A DNA stretch of 64,000 nt. It comes from Psilocybe cubensis (lineage: Eukaryota). This document shows positions 1 to 12,429 of the stretch, piece after piece. Where the stretch lies: positions 3,844,001 through 3,908,000 of the forward strand of contig CM039001.1 of assembly GCA_017499595.2 (NCBI GenBank), written 5' to 3'. Below the pieces are notes generated by a model. It had not been told where the DNA came from. It did not search any database and saw nothing but the letters and a program-made list of their open reading frames with translations. Each line of letters begins with the position of its first letter. The first letter of the stretch is position 1. The position numbers were made by a program, and so were the translations under genes.

Positions 1-2120
1 AATATGGGCCTACATATACTGTTCCGGGAGGCTTTGGGTCTAGTCGGATCGTTATTTGCGATCCGCGAGCAAACGCGCATTTCTATTCAAAGGAGACATT
101 TGGCTATGTACAGACCAAGTTATCTCGAACATTCATTAAGAATCTGGTAAGTAGCAACCTCGAGTCCTTCGTTTCTGTCTGACCCACGTCGCCTTGCCTA
201 GTTTGGTCGGGGACTGCTTTGGGCCGAGGGAGATAGTCATCGCAGGTATATATCTCTAGCGTTCCAACGCTCATTGTATTGATAACATGGTCCATTGTTA
301 GGCAACGCAAAGCCTTATCTCCAGCATTCAGCAATGCCGCTATCAGGAAACTGACTCCAGTGTTTTATGACGCTGCCTACAAGGTCTGATTGCGCATTCT
401 ACAATACCAGGTGGTACTAACCCTGTTAGTAGATGAAAGCAATATGGGATTCCGCATTAGATGCCGGTTCGGGGGAAGCGTTGATAGATGTTCAAGTATG
501 GTGCGCATCATTTTCCTACTGTCTCGAGTAGCCCGTGAAAGATCAATAGGATGAATAACATTGCGTGGGTTGCATTTATTCCGAGCTTTGCTGGTAAATT
601 CCAACTCTGCAACTAGTCTCGATTCAGTCGGTATCGCAGGTTTTGGCCATGATTTCCATGCGCTAGAAGGAAAGAACTCTCCCGTAGTGGACGTTTTCGA
701 ATCCTTTTCCGATGAAGACACAAGCTGGCTCTCACGATTTGTGTTCCTGATGGGGCCCGTTCTTCCCGTCCTACAAAACTTACCCACAGCTCAAAACAGG
801 ACACTCAAGCGCCTACGAGAAACAATGGGCGACATAGCCGATGAGCTCTTGGTCAGGAATAGGAAAGCGAAAGAAGGGAAATCGGTGTCGGAGGAAAAAT
901 CGATTATAGGTCTTCTTAGTAAGTGTCCTATCACTATATTTAGGACCCCTGGTAAAATTGTTCTCAAATTTATCAATGCTTGACTCGCAGTCAAAGCAGA
1001 ATCGAGCAACTCCTCTTTGGGAATGTCCCAGGAAGAAATTTTAGCCCAGGTGAACATCCTTCTATTTCCAATTTTACGCAGGAGATTCTAATTCACGTTT
1101 AAACAAGATGGTATGCTGAATTTACGACTTTTTTGAAACTGATGAAATCTTACATGCATCTTTGTTTCACCAAGAATGTATTATTGCTTGCTGGTACGAA
1201 CATCGTTTCATCGTATCATGTAGACTTATAGGAAACTTAAATCCAGGATACGAAACAACTTCCAGTATGTATCATTTTATTGTCTATTCTGTCCTCGCAG
1301 CTGACAGTGTTAACAGTCAGCCTTACGGTAAACATTCTTAACGTTGTGATCAGCCATTACATATCTAATTCCAGAACAGTGGGCCCTTATTGAGCTGTCC
1401 AGGCAACCTCAGAAACAAGAAATGCTAAGGGAGGAACTTTCACAGTACATCAACGAAGATCCTACTTTTGATCAACTGTCGACGGGCCTCCCGTATTTAG
1501 ACGCAGTCGTCCAGGAGATTTTGCGCCTCCATCCCCCTGTTAGCGAGACAACGCGAATAGTACGTATACACATACATCACTCATCAGCGACACTGCGCCG
1601 ACGCCCCTGTTAAATCGTTGTTAGGCCGCCGAGGACGACATCATGCCGTTCTCTTCTCCAATTTCGACCTCGACGGGGGATCAAGTATCCTCTCTTGTTA
1701 TCAAAAAGGGAACTGTCGTTACTTCGCCAATTCGGTACATGAATCGAGCGGAGGCCTTTTGGGGACCCAATGCACGGCAATTCGAGCCCGAGCGATGGCT
1801 TTCCGCGGATGGGTGCCTTCAGGCGAAAGACAATCCAGGACAGCGACATATACTCACTTTCTCTGACGGACCACGGACGTGTTTGGGACGCAGCTTTGCA
1901 TTAACAGAGTTCAAGGTACGTCACTCTTACCTGCTGCCAATCTTATTTGAAACTTTTTCTTTTTAAGGCTGTTCTTGCTGTCCTTGTTAGGAACTACACG
2001 TTCGAACTTCCTGATGGTCCAGACACGAAAATTATCAGGCACCCATCTATCCTGCCGAGACCTAAAATTTTAGGGGAAGTAGGCGCAAGAGTTCCATTGA
2101 AAATAAGACGGGTAGAGTAA
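1..2120 (+). CDS. Cytochrome P450 monooxygenase, multi-exon, 5' end outside the window
   Basis: Manual splicing gives the I-helix NVLLLAGYETTS, K-helix EILR (ExxR), PERW and the heme motif FSDGPRTCLG. Stop TAA at 2118-2120. GT-AG introns throughout. Confidence 0.95.
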
Positions 2121-2150
2121 GTACAACGTTTCCAAGAAGTCAGGGTCTAT

Positions 2151-3848
2151 CCTATCAGCGCCCAAGTCATCACCGGTACCAGTGTAATTCGATATAACTG
2201 AACGAACGCCCTTCTGATCCTCAATCTGACTGTAATAAGCACGATATCTTCGTTGTTAGCATATAAATGTGCATGAATATGATATCGTCTGTCTCACGGA
2301 CCTTTGATGGGACCGGGGGCGGTAGATCATCAGTCGTGGCTTGATCATGATTTCCAGTCCTAAAGGAAACCTGATATATCTATGTGTCAGTCAAAGTGAT
2401 TTAGACTGTTCGAAGACTTACTGATATGGGAACACTGTTGCTAAATTGAATCATCGTACTGATGGGTGCTTCTTGATCTCGATGGCGGGCATGTATGGTA
2501 GGCCGAGCGTTGAGGCTGAACATCAGAACAGCATTTAATGCTATATTTTGTCAAGGGAATGACCACGTACGATGCCAGAAGGGAGTTGGAGTAGACTAGG
2601 TCTTTCTGTGAGCACAAATGAAATTTCTGTAGTCCAAGGCGGCTTACTTTTAGCGAGAAGGATGTACAAGCCAAACCAGATCACTTAGACGTCCAATATT
2701 AGGCATCAATATGGAAGCCGCCAGACGAATGATTTACTATCACCCATAGCTTGAAACTGAATTGGAACAGATGAGATTCTGTGTAATTTTTGGAGACCTA
2801 AATTCTACTGTACCAAGATTATAACGGCCATGGATGTCAGGCTGGTTGTAGTGGGAACATCAGAAAGGGTAGAACGATTAATAAGAAGTAAAATTTATGT
2901 ACCTTGTGATGAGACCAGTCTCTGCCAATGTAGTAAAATTCATGGAGTTAATAGTGGTAGCATCAAATAAAAAATAGCCTTTACGGAGCGACCAGCGAAC
3001 GAGGCGATTGATAACTTCAGTAGTGCTGCGGACCATTTTCTTCAGTGAATATCGGAGGTATATTTTTCACGGGCTTACGAGGTGTGATTCATCGGGGATG
3101 AGAGTTTTCGTAGGTGAAAGAGCATGAGTCCAGCTATGAGGACGTCGGCAGCTCCACCACAAGCAAGGGATGCGGTAATCAGCCAGCTGAACGTAAAAAC
3201 AAACATGAGACCATTCTCGTTCTTCGGGACATCCATGAAGCTTTCCACTGTGAGGACAATACCTCCAATAAACCTCAAAAGAGAAAGTCCAAGGCAGGCT
3301 ACGCTGGGAAATACCCTCGATGATAACCTGTAAATCCGGTACGAAAAGAAAGACTAAGACATGTCAGTCCCATACCATTCGGGGGCCTTTGACGCATGAG
3401 CACTCGCCTGTACCACAACCGTGACTAATGTTTCCAGTGCGACAGTGGTGGAAAGAGGGTAAGAATTGGGCTGCGCAACCTTGAATCTGGTCACTGTATC
3501 GTAATAGATAGTTTGTGCTGCAGTAAATGAGTGAGATGATTCCAAAAACCTGTAGAATTTGAATTAATATTGAACGAAACGGTGCATTTGATACTTGACA
3601 TTCTTACACTAGAGAAACAACCTGGACACATAGAAAATGATGTTAATTAAATCCACGCACTGAGAAAGGATTATAACATGTACCAATGTCTTGAGTTTCC
3701 AATTGTCCCCATTCGTGCTGAAATACGCGTATGCTTGAGATAGGAATATGCCGAATAGAATTAGACTTAGGAACGTTGTAATTTGTATTGCGCCGAGGTT
3801 CACATTCGATTCCAAACGAAACGTAGAGGGTTGGATGTCTCTGACCAT
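2151..3848 (-). CDS. Multi-pass membrane protein, DUF6534-like basidiomycete family (3' end approximate)
   Basis: Exon ORFs NLGAIQITTFLSLILFGIFLSQAYAYF and WLITASLACGGAADVLIAGLMLFHL match the typical pattern of this family. Paralog at 57.7-59.2 kb. Confidence 0.75.
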
Positions 3849-4120
3849 GCCGGGTGTCAGTTATTAGTGTATACAAGTCCTGCTTGATGAAGGCTACTGG
3901 GTGATGATAAATACCTCAAAGGAGACCGTTAGATATAACCACCTCAGATATCAGTTTGTAATATTATCCCTTGCATTCTAATCAAGATCGTTGATTGGCA
4001 GATTTGAAGCAGCGGTGTACCATGACCACAAACATTGTTGTACTTTAAGGACGCCCACTGGTGGGGTATGTCGCCGTGTTCATGGGCGTGAGAATGCCGA
4101 TCCTCCGAACAGGTTGGACC

Positions 4121-4482
4121 CAGGGGGCACCCACCAGAGCTTACCGAGAAAACAACCCCTCCCTTGAGGTCAAGGGAGTGGCTGTGTTGCCGTGGGGGCA
4201 ATCACCACAACGTGATGGCAGTGTGACCTAGTGAAAGAGGTATATAACAAAGACATTAGTACTGTTTGTCGAGAATCCTTGATAAATACGACATAGTTTA
4301 GTATCCAGAACATGTAAAACTGTGTTAGATATGTCTACACTAGGTCCTTCCTCTCTTTTGAGACGTCACCCCACAGATCAGTAATGGTGACATTAGTGTC
4401 CCTCAGCCTTTGCCGCCCCGGCAACACAGCCACTCCCTTGGGAGGGGTTGTTTTCTCGGTAAGCTCCGGTGGGTGCCCCCTG
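4121..4482. mobile_element. Non-autonomous hAT-like MITE (362 bp)
   Basis: Imperfect ~75-bp TIRs begin CAGGGGGCACCCACC and end GGTGGGTGCCCCCTG. 8-bp direct repeat GTTGGACC at 4113-4120 and 4483-4490. Confidence 0.85.
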
Positions 4483-4537
4483 GTTGGACCTAAAAATGAC
4501 TGGAAATAAGGCCTCACCTCCTGGGAATTAAACTTTA

Positions 4538-4553
4538 GAGTCTGTCCGGTAAC
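4538..4553. mobile_element. Left tip of a PIF/Harbinger-like MITE split by the giant element
   Basis: GAGTCTGTCCGGTAAC is the reverse complement of GTTACCGGACAGACTC at 55412-55427. TTA lies at 4535-4537 and at 55428-55430. Confidence 0.85.
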
Positions 4554-4571
4554 CACTGCGGGCTCCGATAC

Positions 4572-4955
4572 ATGTTTGATGTCAAACATCGTCAATCAAA
4601 CACATATTATGTAAGAAGACGATGTTTGATGTCAAACATAAGTTGTGTTTGCTGACAAACAAGCATCAAACATAAGTTATGTTTGATAGGCATGTGATAT
4701 CAAACACAACGTATGTTTGACGCCTGTTTGTCAAAGAACACGGGCTTGACAGAAAATCTGTCAAGTTCGCTGTAAGATAACAAACGTACATTGTGTTTGA
4801 TAAATAGTGTTTGATTCCAAATATAACTCCTGTTTGATAATTTGTGCATGAAATCATCCGTATATTCTGTATGTTATCGACCATAAACATCAAACATAAG
4901 TTGTGTAAGAAATCAAACATAATATCTGTTTGAAATCAAACAGATTGTCAAACAG
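4572..4955. repeat. Subterminal TGTTTGA/TCAAACA repeats in both orientations (mirror 54318-54701)
   Basis: More than 15 copies, including palindromes ATGTTTGATGTCAAACAT. Such subterminal repeats are typical of CACTA elements. Confidence 0.85.
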
Positions 4956-5580
4956 ACATCGACACGCTCATCGTGCCGCTCAGCGCGCGCCTCCTCGCGC
5001 GATCAGCGCGCGCTTGACGCGCGATCGGCGCGCGTTGAGCGACACGCCCAGCGATTTTACGGCTATTTTGGCGTCTCGGTGATAAGCGACACACCTCACC
5101 AACGCTACTTAGGCGCTTGTGTATTCAGCGACGAGAACACGCTCTTCATTCAATAACGCTGTATCAGTGACGCATGTTTATTCAGCGAGAAAAAACGTAT
5201 TTTCGAGTGAAATATATGTATTTTTGGGGCTCGGGTGTGTCCTACTACCATACACATAAATTGACAAATGCTACACAGTCAAAGCTGCTTTTCTCCCTTC
5301 TTATTTCTAGAACCTGAGTCTCTATTTCACTGTAGTAGCAATGTATATACTCACATCAATGTATTTTATTCGTTTGCCATCGTTTGCCATTGCCTTCTAT
5401 GAATTGATGTCTCTCAGAACAACTTTCTCGCAGTCTCTTATCACTCACCACACTCCCACTCACTCACCACACTCACTCACACTCACTCACCACACTCACC
5501 ACACTCGCTCTCACTCGCTCAAACACATTCATTCATCGTCCTCGCTCATCACGCCCTCTATCAACATCGATATTCGTACC

Positions 5581-6124
5581 ATGTCCACAATAGTCTCCAA
5601 CATCTTTTCCACCATCGTTTCCTTCGTCAACGGCATCAAATACGGATTCGCGTCGGGATGCGAGATCGTGGAGTGGTTATGCACGTACGGAGGGCCCGCC
5701 TTCGGGGCGATAGCTCGCTACATCAACAAAAATAGCGAAGCGCCAGTTGTTCTGCGAAATCGTAGCGGTATGCCAGTGAGTATTTGTAGCTTTGAACAGC
5801 GTCTTACCGCTCCTTTCAGGAGGAAAGTTGATCAGCGACATGGAGGCTCAACACTCACCAGCCAACGACGCCGATTTCGAGGAACTCATCCGCGTTCGCC
5901 AGGAGATTAAAACCCTGAAAAAAATTCTCGACAATCGAAGCGCACGTACTCGGCCTGGTACATCGGAAGCGCACGAAATTCAGCTCGACCGCTTCGAACT
6001 TGAGCGCAAGAAAGTTCTCAACGATATTGCGATCGAGGCCCAAATACGTGCCACCTACCCTGCGCGAGCCCTGTATCTCGCAATGTGCGAGACATACGAT
6101 GTCGCTCCTGTCCGCACCGACTAG
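5581..6124 (+). CDS. TIR-encoded two-exon protein of unknown function (163 aa)
   Basis: ATG at 5581. A GT-AG intron at 5768-5819 joins MSTIVSNIF...LRNRS in frame to GGKLISDMEAQ...VRTD*. CACT-rich leader upstream and AATAAA near 6311. Confidence 0.7.
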
Positions 6125-6807
6125 GCGCCCCGGCGGGTTTTTCTTGTTGTTATCTTTTCTTCATTTTCTTGTTGCTTTCTTGTTGCTTTCTTGTTGCTTT
6201 CGGTTTATCGCTATCGCTTCGTATTATTGTACATATATCCCTGAATTTTACCATTTGATTCGCTATATTTGTATCATACTCATTGAAGACTCATAATCTC
6301 ATTTCTGAATAATAAAACTCCTTAACATTCGCGGACATCTGTGGCCTATGTTATTTCATGAAGCTTGAAACAACATTTTTTTTATTACCAAACAAGCGTC
6401 GTCAGCACCTTTAGAGGCAAATTAACGCGCGTTTGCCGTTTGGATACCTGCTGCACCGGCACCTGCTGACTCAGTCCTGCCCTTGTCCCTGCTGCAGCTG
6501 ACTCTGACTCTGTACCATGCGTATCGACGAGCTGCGCGACTGCGACGGCGCCGTGTTTGTCTCGTACCCTTCGCCATCCGTGCGGTCCGCGTCCGTCTGC
6601 GGCTTCTGGTAGGTATCCTGCTCCTGCTCGAGATCCTCCTCTGTGAACTCTCCCAGTACGGGTTCCGTGTCCAGGAAGGTATCCTATTGAAAAAAAAAGA
6701 CTGTCAATGTCAATAAAAACACGCACATAGAGAAAGAAGTAAAAAAAAGAAAAGGAAAAAAAAAGAGATAAAACACGCACCATCACCAAAAACAAATTCT
6801 TCTTATC

Positions 6808-7885
6808 ATGGAAACTCCACTCACAGCGGTCCTAACAGAAATCACACCACGCATGTCGTCAACACAAGCAACTCAGCAAGAAAGAGACGTCAATCTTACA
6901 GATGTTCTCCGGGGGCCACTACAATGCCAAAGAATTGAGCGTCTGCGGATGGGGCGAGAATGGATGCAGGACAATGGGCTAGCTATGGAACGTTTGGTAT
7001 CAGTTACGCATGCCAGGAAAGCAAGACGCATCAGGCTCCGATTTCGGGTGTATGCGGATGCGCAGGACTTCAGGGCATACGCAAACAGCAGAGCGGCGAT
7101 GACGGGTTCCACACATCGGGCACTGATAGAAACAAACAGCGCCAGATTCAGCGTAGCCTCCTGGAACTGCAACGGAGGACTCGCGGCATCAATCCATACG
7201 CCAATGTATAGGGATCTCGTACTATCTAATGATGTTACCTTCTTCCAGGAAACACACATGGCGCCAGGGCAAGAGGATATTCTGGATCTACCTCGCGGTT
7301 TTCATCCAGTGGCACGATCGCGACCATGGCGGCACCCCCTGGGCGGCGTCACTGTAATTATACGGGACACTGTAAAATATAGAATATGCGACGAGATCAT
7401 GCACCCAGATATACTGGTCCTTGAGCTCCCATCCCTAATCCTAATCTGCTCGTATCTTGTGCCAGAGAACTCCAGATGGGAATCTTGGACGCATGTGGAC
7501 CCTAAGACATGGCTGGGGGAGGCTATCGAATATTTGTGTCTTGCGATCCAAGGCATACATGATTATAGGCGACCTGAACGCGCGTATAGGCCTGCAACAA
7601 GCAGCGGGATCGCACTTAGTACGAGTGTCTCCAGATAATACCTGCATTGCTAGAGGGAATCGCCTACTGGAAATCATGGGGCAGAATTCTCTGCATGTCG
7701 TGAATGGGACACCAATCGACCGAACGCCGTTCCCACAGTGGACCTCCAGTCAGGCCAACGGAGGCCGCTCTGTCATTGACTACATCATCGTCTCGGAAGA
7801 CGCGCTCCTGTCGTTGGAAGCCATGGAGATAACATGGGTTGGAGGAAGAGTGGATGACCATGCAGGGATACATGTGGAGATGAGA
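6808..7885 (+). pseudogene. Non-LTR retrotransposon (LINE) apurinic-like endonuclease fragment, frameshifted (mirror 51388-52465, -)
   Basis: EEP motifs SWNCNG, FFQETH, GGV, IIGDLNAR, SVIDYIIVS and DDH are split over two frames, with the shift near 7540. No RT domain follows. Confidence 0.85.
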
Positions 7886-8715
7886 TCTTCTCTCACTCTT
7901 GGGCTGATCGTCTCAATAACGCCGCTCACGCGTTCATAAACCGCGAACACGATCGCCTGCCCGGGTGCCACGCGCAGCACGCGGGGGTGATGCCCTTGTA
8001 GAATGACCGCACGCCCTCCATCTTCCACATATCTGCCGCGATCGCGAATATGCGCTGGAAGGAGGATTGGCCTGGAGTTGCTTTGGCTTTTTGTAGACCT
8101 GATATAATTGATTTGAGTAAGAGAGGCTAAGAAAGTGTAGTTAAAAAGGGACGTACGAGTTTTGATAGTGTCTATTGGTGCATTTGAGAACGGACCCATA
8201 GCTCCAGAGATAAGACCAATCATCATGTGTTGGTAGGATGGTAGCTCGACCAAGTCTGGCTGGTACTTATGCGCGAGCTTCTTGATTTCTTGGTACGCGG
8301 TGAAGTTGGCACCTAAGGTGGACACACAAGCCTTAAGAAAGGCGTTCTTCGGCTATTCACGAATGAAGACGTACCCTGATTCGTAGCTTGTCTCAGTGGC
8401 GTCAAAGAGACACCACGATACAATGTCGAGATTCCTTCCTCACGAATGATGGTGTACACAGCATGACCAGCATTACGGTACCGAGGCGCTTCAAGAGGAT
8501 CAGCCAATGAATGTTGTTGAGCTTGCAGAGGAATCTTCACCACTTCCATGGGCGTCACGATGGCAACAGCTTCCGTCACTCCAGCCCCAAGACCGGCTAT
8601 ACGCAAGTAATTAAAAGATGACATCAGCTCAACACCTTCGCGGCAAGAGAAAAGAATTACATACCAATGAAGATATTCCCAATGCTCGTCTTCCCTGTTT
8701 GCTTATCGGCAAGCC
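7885..8715 (-). pseudogene. Captured fragment of a mitochondrial succinate-fumarate carrier (SFC1/ACR1-like), introns retained (mirror 50558-51388, +)
   Basis: AGLGAGVTEAVAIVTPMEVVKI, RQATNQGANFTAY, GPFSNAPIDTIKTR, RVAPGQAIVFAVYE. Three GT-AG introns. N-terminus missing. Frameshift at GITP/RVLR. Confidence 0.9.
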
Positions 8716-8999
8716 AACGATGGTACATCTCCTCTCAACTTTTTAATAACCCTTGCAGTATGTTTTTCTCTGTCTATTATTTGGCAATACAATTAACACA
8801 CGATAGACTTCGACGATGCCAGCGGGAACATCTGTGTCTATATCCTCCCCAAGTGGGATGATCAATCTTGACAAGGTACGGGGAATTCAGGCTCCAAGAA
8901 ATGCTGAGGAAACGACACGACCCAGACATCGAGGAATGGTATGCCATTGACTACGAAAGTCTTGCAAATTACCCGCCTTAACTCAAGCATAGGTTTGGA

Positions 9000-9510
9000 C
9001 GTCTTCGGCTGAAGGGCCCATGGGCTCATCCGATGCAGCGAGGTTGCACTGGTGGAACGCGCGCACCTGGTCAAGGGCATGCACCGACGACAGTGTGCAG
9101 AACTCCACGGTTGTGGAAGACCACAAAGTCATCTTCGCGCCAGTCGTGTGGATACACCAGCTGCTCCAAAATTCAGCTTCGAACAAAAAAGCGCAGACAA
9201 TATGCGAACTTACAGAAGGAGCGATCGCAGGTCATTGCTACGACTCCTGGAACAGGTGCAGATCAAGTGTCTGCGACGAATACTGGGTTTGGGTCCGAGG
9301 TCGATAACGGCAGTTCTTTATTCTGAAACAGGAGTACTTCCCATTAAATATAGGCGGTTAATCCTAGTACTACGTTACGACATCCCTCCCCGGAGAGCGA
9401 TAGTTAGGATGGTTGAGAGACCTAGTCCGGGCACTGGATCTACTTCCCTGCCCGGCGCAAGTAACAGCAAGAGAACTGTGGGAATCGGAGGGCACTGCGA
9501 AGGTGATCAA
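9000..9510 (+). pseudogene. LINE ORF2 C-terminal (post-RT) fragment (mirror ~49763-50273, -)
   Basis: LEQVQIKCLRRILGLGPRSITAVLYSETGVLPIKYRRLILVLRY resembles the region downstream of RT in fungal LINEs. Confidence 0.7.
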
Positions 9511-11765
9511 CGCATCTACGCCCGCTCCTCCCGATCCGATCCCGATCCTCCCGCTCCAGCATCCGCAACCGCAACAGCATCCGCATCAGTGTCCGTATAC
9601 ACACTAATCACATTCTCTGCCTACACATATACACATTTCTTAATCAGATAAAATCAAACTCCCACAACGAAAGAGAAGTGACGTACCATCTTCATCTTCA
9701 TCCCCACCTTCCCCTTCATCCGTCGAATTCGAATGCGAAACGGGAAACACCAGAAACAGAGCTCAAAGCAGGCGATGGCGCTCTCTCCCCTGCACCTCCT
9801 TGTTCGGAACCCTCACCCGAACCCTCAACGACCCAACTACGACTCACAGACCCGTTGTCCGATACAAACGACGACGATATCTCCTGCGTGTCGTGCGAGA
9901 TGGAAATAGACTCTGACTCTGTCCCTGAAAGCGAAAGGTACGGCGAGTGCAAAGAAACAGGCGAACGGGTACAACGACGCGGAATGCAACGACGCGGCGC
10001 GCGGCACGAACACGGGTGCGGGCGGCGAGAGTGTGAACGGTGCGGGCGCTGGTGTGGGTGATGGTGAGCAGGTGCGTGAAGCGTTTGATGAGGCTGGGGC
10101 TGAGCCTGAGCCTGTTGTGGAGGCGTTTGACGAGGCTGGGGCGGAGGTGGAGTGGAAGGGTACGGTGCAAGTGGGTACACACTCCTCTTATTCGCCGGTG
10201 CTTGTGCTGGTGTATTCCCATTCCCAATCCCCAACACCTGCTGCTCCCTATTCCCTTTACCCACCCGCGACCGTGCCTGCAACTCCCGCTTCACCGCATC
10301 CACATCCATCGCGCGCAGCACCTGCTCCGAGAGCGTCGGGAGCAGCGCGAGGAGGATGTTGCGATGTCTTCGTGTGTTTGGGTGAATTGAGTGCGGAGGC
10401 TTGTAGGTTGTAGTAAGTTAAATAAGTGTAGGGGAAGGGAGGGAAAAGAGGAAAAGGGGTGTTAGTTGTGTTTAGAAAATTAGAGATAAGAATGGGAATA
10501 GAATAGGATAAAAAAGAATGGGATACAATAAAAGCAAAGAAAATAAAAGTAAAAGCAAAAGCCCATCCGACGGTTCTTCTATCCATCCTGCTATCCGTCC
10601 TGAACCATCTATCCACCCGTATCAATCAACCCGTACATGCATGCATCGGCCAAAACGATCTATGCGAAGATGAAGACGAAGGCGAAGGATACACCCTCGA
10701 ACAAACAACAACATGAACAAGAACCAGAACCGTGCTCGTTCAAAGTACCTCTGCAAGATGGATGGAATAGAGAACCTCCGAAACTGGAATCTGTCCATTC
10801 CACCGAAATCTATCCAAATAAACCCACAAAAAAAACAATCCAAAAAACATACTCTCTAAAAACCACACTCCAAAAACAAAAAACCCCAAAAACCAGAAAA
10901 GAAAGAAAGAAAGAAATAAAAAAATAAAATAAAAAAACACTCACACATCCCTCGCCTGTTCCTCGGCGTCCATCTTCTGCCTCACCTCATCAAGCCGCAC
11001 GCGCATGAACCCGCGCGCGTCCTATAGGCCGCCGATGATGGTGGTCGTTTTGAGTGCATTATTCAACTTTGCCAGATGTTGCTGACGTTGCGAGCTAACA
11101 TTCTCCACCTCCATTTCATCCTCTTCGATAATACCGCCGGCCACACGACCATGAGCGTCCTCGCCTTCCGGGTGATCAATAGTCCTCTTTCTCTCTGTCT
11201 GTCGAGATGACCCCATCCCTATCAAGCGCGTCAGTGGACAACGCAGTCGACGCTAGATTCGTCATGGACGGCGCGGCAGACCACCCATTCACATCCCCTC
11301 CAATACTCCCACTAACACTCCAACTAAGCGTCATCGCACCAAACGAGCCAAACGGATCCGGGCCCTACTTGGCAGGAGCCATCACAAGCGGTGTATTCCC
11401 CCCTTTCTTCCCGATCCCAATGCCCATACTCATCCCCATCCCCTTGCCACCCCCAGGCGACGCCAGCCGCGAAAGCGTGTTCAAAAACGTCGACTTTCGT
11501 TTCTTCTCCTTCCCCTTCTTCTGCTGCGCGAGGGGCAGACCGGCGGGGTCGATGGGCAGCGATGGGATTTTGAGGCCCGGGTGCGTACTGCGCAGTTTCA
11601 CGTCGAGTTCGATGAGCTCCGCGGCGGTGCGTATGAGCGTGAGGTTGTGTGTGGGTGCTGGTGTGTGCAGTGTTGTGTTTGTTATCACAGGTGATGGTGG
11701 TCGGTGCATGGGAGTAGGTGCGCGGCGGCCGTGGTGGTGGTGGTAGAGATAGAAAGATCGGCGCG

Positions 11766-11807
11766 GGTGGTGGTGGTGGTGGTGGTGGTGGTGGTGGTGG
11801 TGGTGGT
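11766..11807. repeat. (GGT)n/(CCA)n microsatellite, 12 nt longer in the right arm (~47454-47507)
   Basis: Direct reading. The poly-Pro ORF is 233 aa on the left and 237 aa on the right. Confidence 0.95.
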
Positions 11808-12429
11808 GAGAGTCGACGAGCGGGGGTTGGATTCGACGATGTCGGCAGCGTGGATAGCGACGCGGACGATGCAGCGGATGAAGACGACGACGATGACGTC
11901 GGTGTGGGCGGGACGAAGTGAATGGTTAAAGTAGACGCAGACATCATACAGTGGGGAAAACCAAAAGCGCCACGATGAGATGATGAGATGATGGGAGTGT
12001 ACAGGTTCGTGTCTAGTGCTTTCATTTCGTCTTGATTTCGTGTTTGGGTTTGGGTTTATAAGTCGGAATTCGAGTTTGTCTGGTGGGTGTTGTGTAAGAT
12101 ATGCTATGCTATGGTGTGATATGTGGTGTGTAACAGTGTAAGATGTTCAGAGCGTACTGCAAGTCGGTGTGAGGTAAGATGAGCTGAGGCGCTAGTGTCA
12201 GCGTCGGTGTAGGCGTAGGGTGTAACCGTAGAACACAAACTGGGTTGGCAAACCAAAAGCCAATGTGAAGGTCGATAGTCGATAAACGGTGTTGGTGTAG
12301 GTGTAAGTGGGCAGTGGGTATACCACGCCATTCTCCCCGCTTCAGATCGAAAGGCAAAGTCAAACAAAGAGTCAACAGTCGAATCGAAAACCCGCAAAAA
12401 GGGGTTGGTGGTGGTGGTAGCACCCCACT

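Noticed and set aside
4572-4955. CRISPR-like array
   Set aside because: Eukaryotic context, 7-8 bp units in both orientations with irregular spacing, and no cas genes.
11365-11709. PX-domain assignment for LIRTAAELIELDVKLRSTHPGLKIPSLP
   Set aside because: The resemblance is too weak to call without an HMM search. Kept only as an unidentified captured fragment.
11207-12025. Poly-Pro, poly-Gly and poly-Val ORFs as real proteins
   Set aside because: They are six-frame read-throughs of a (GGT)n microsatellite in GC-rich fragment DNA.
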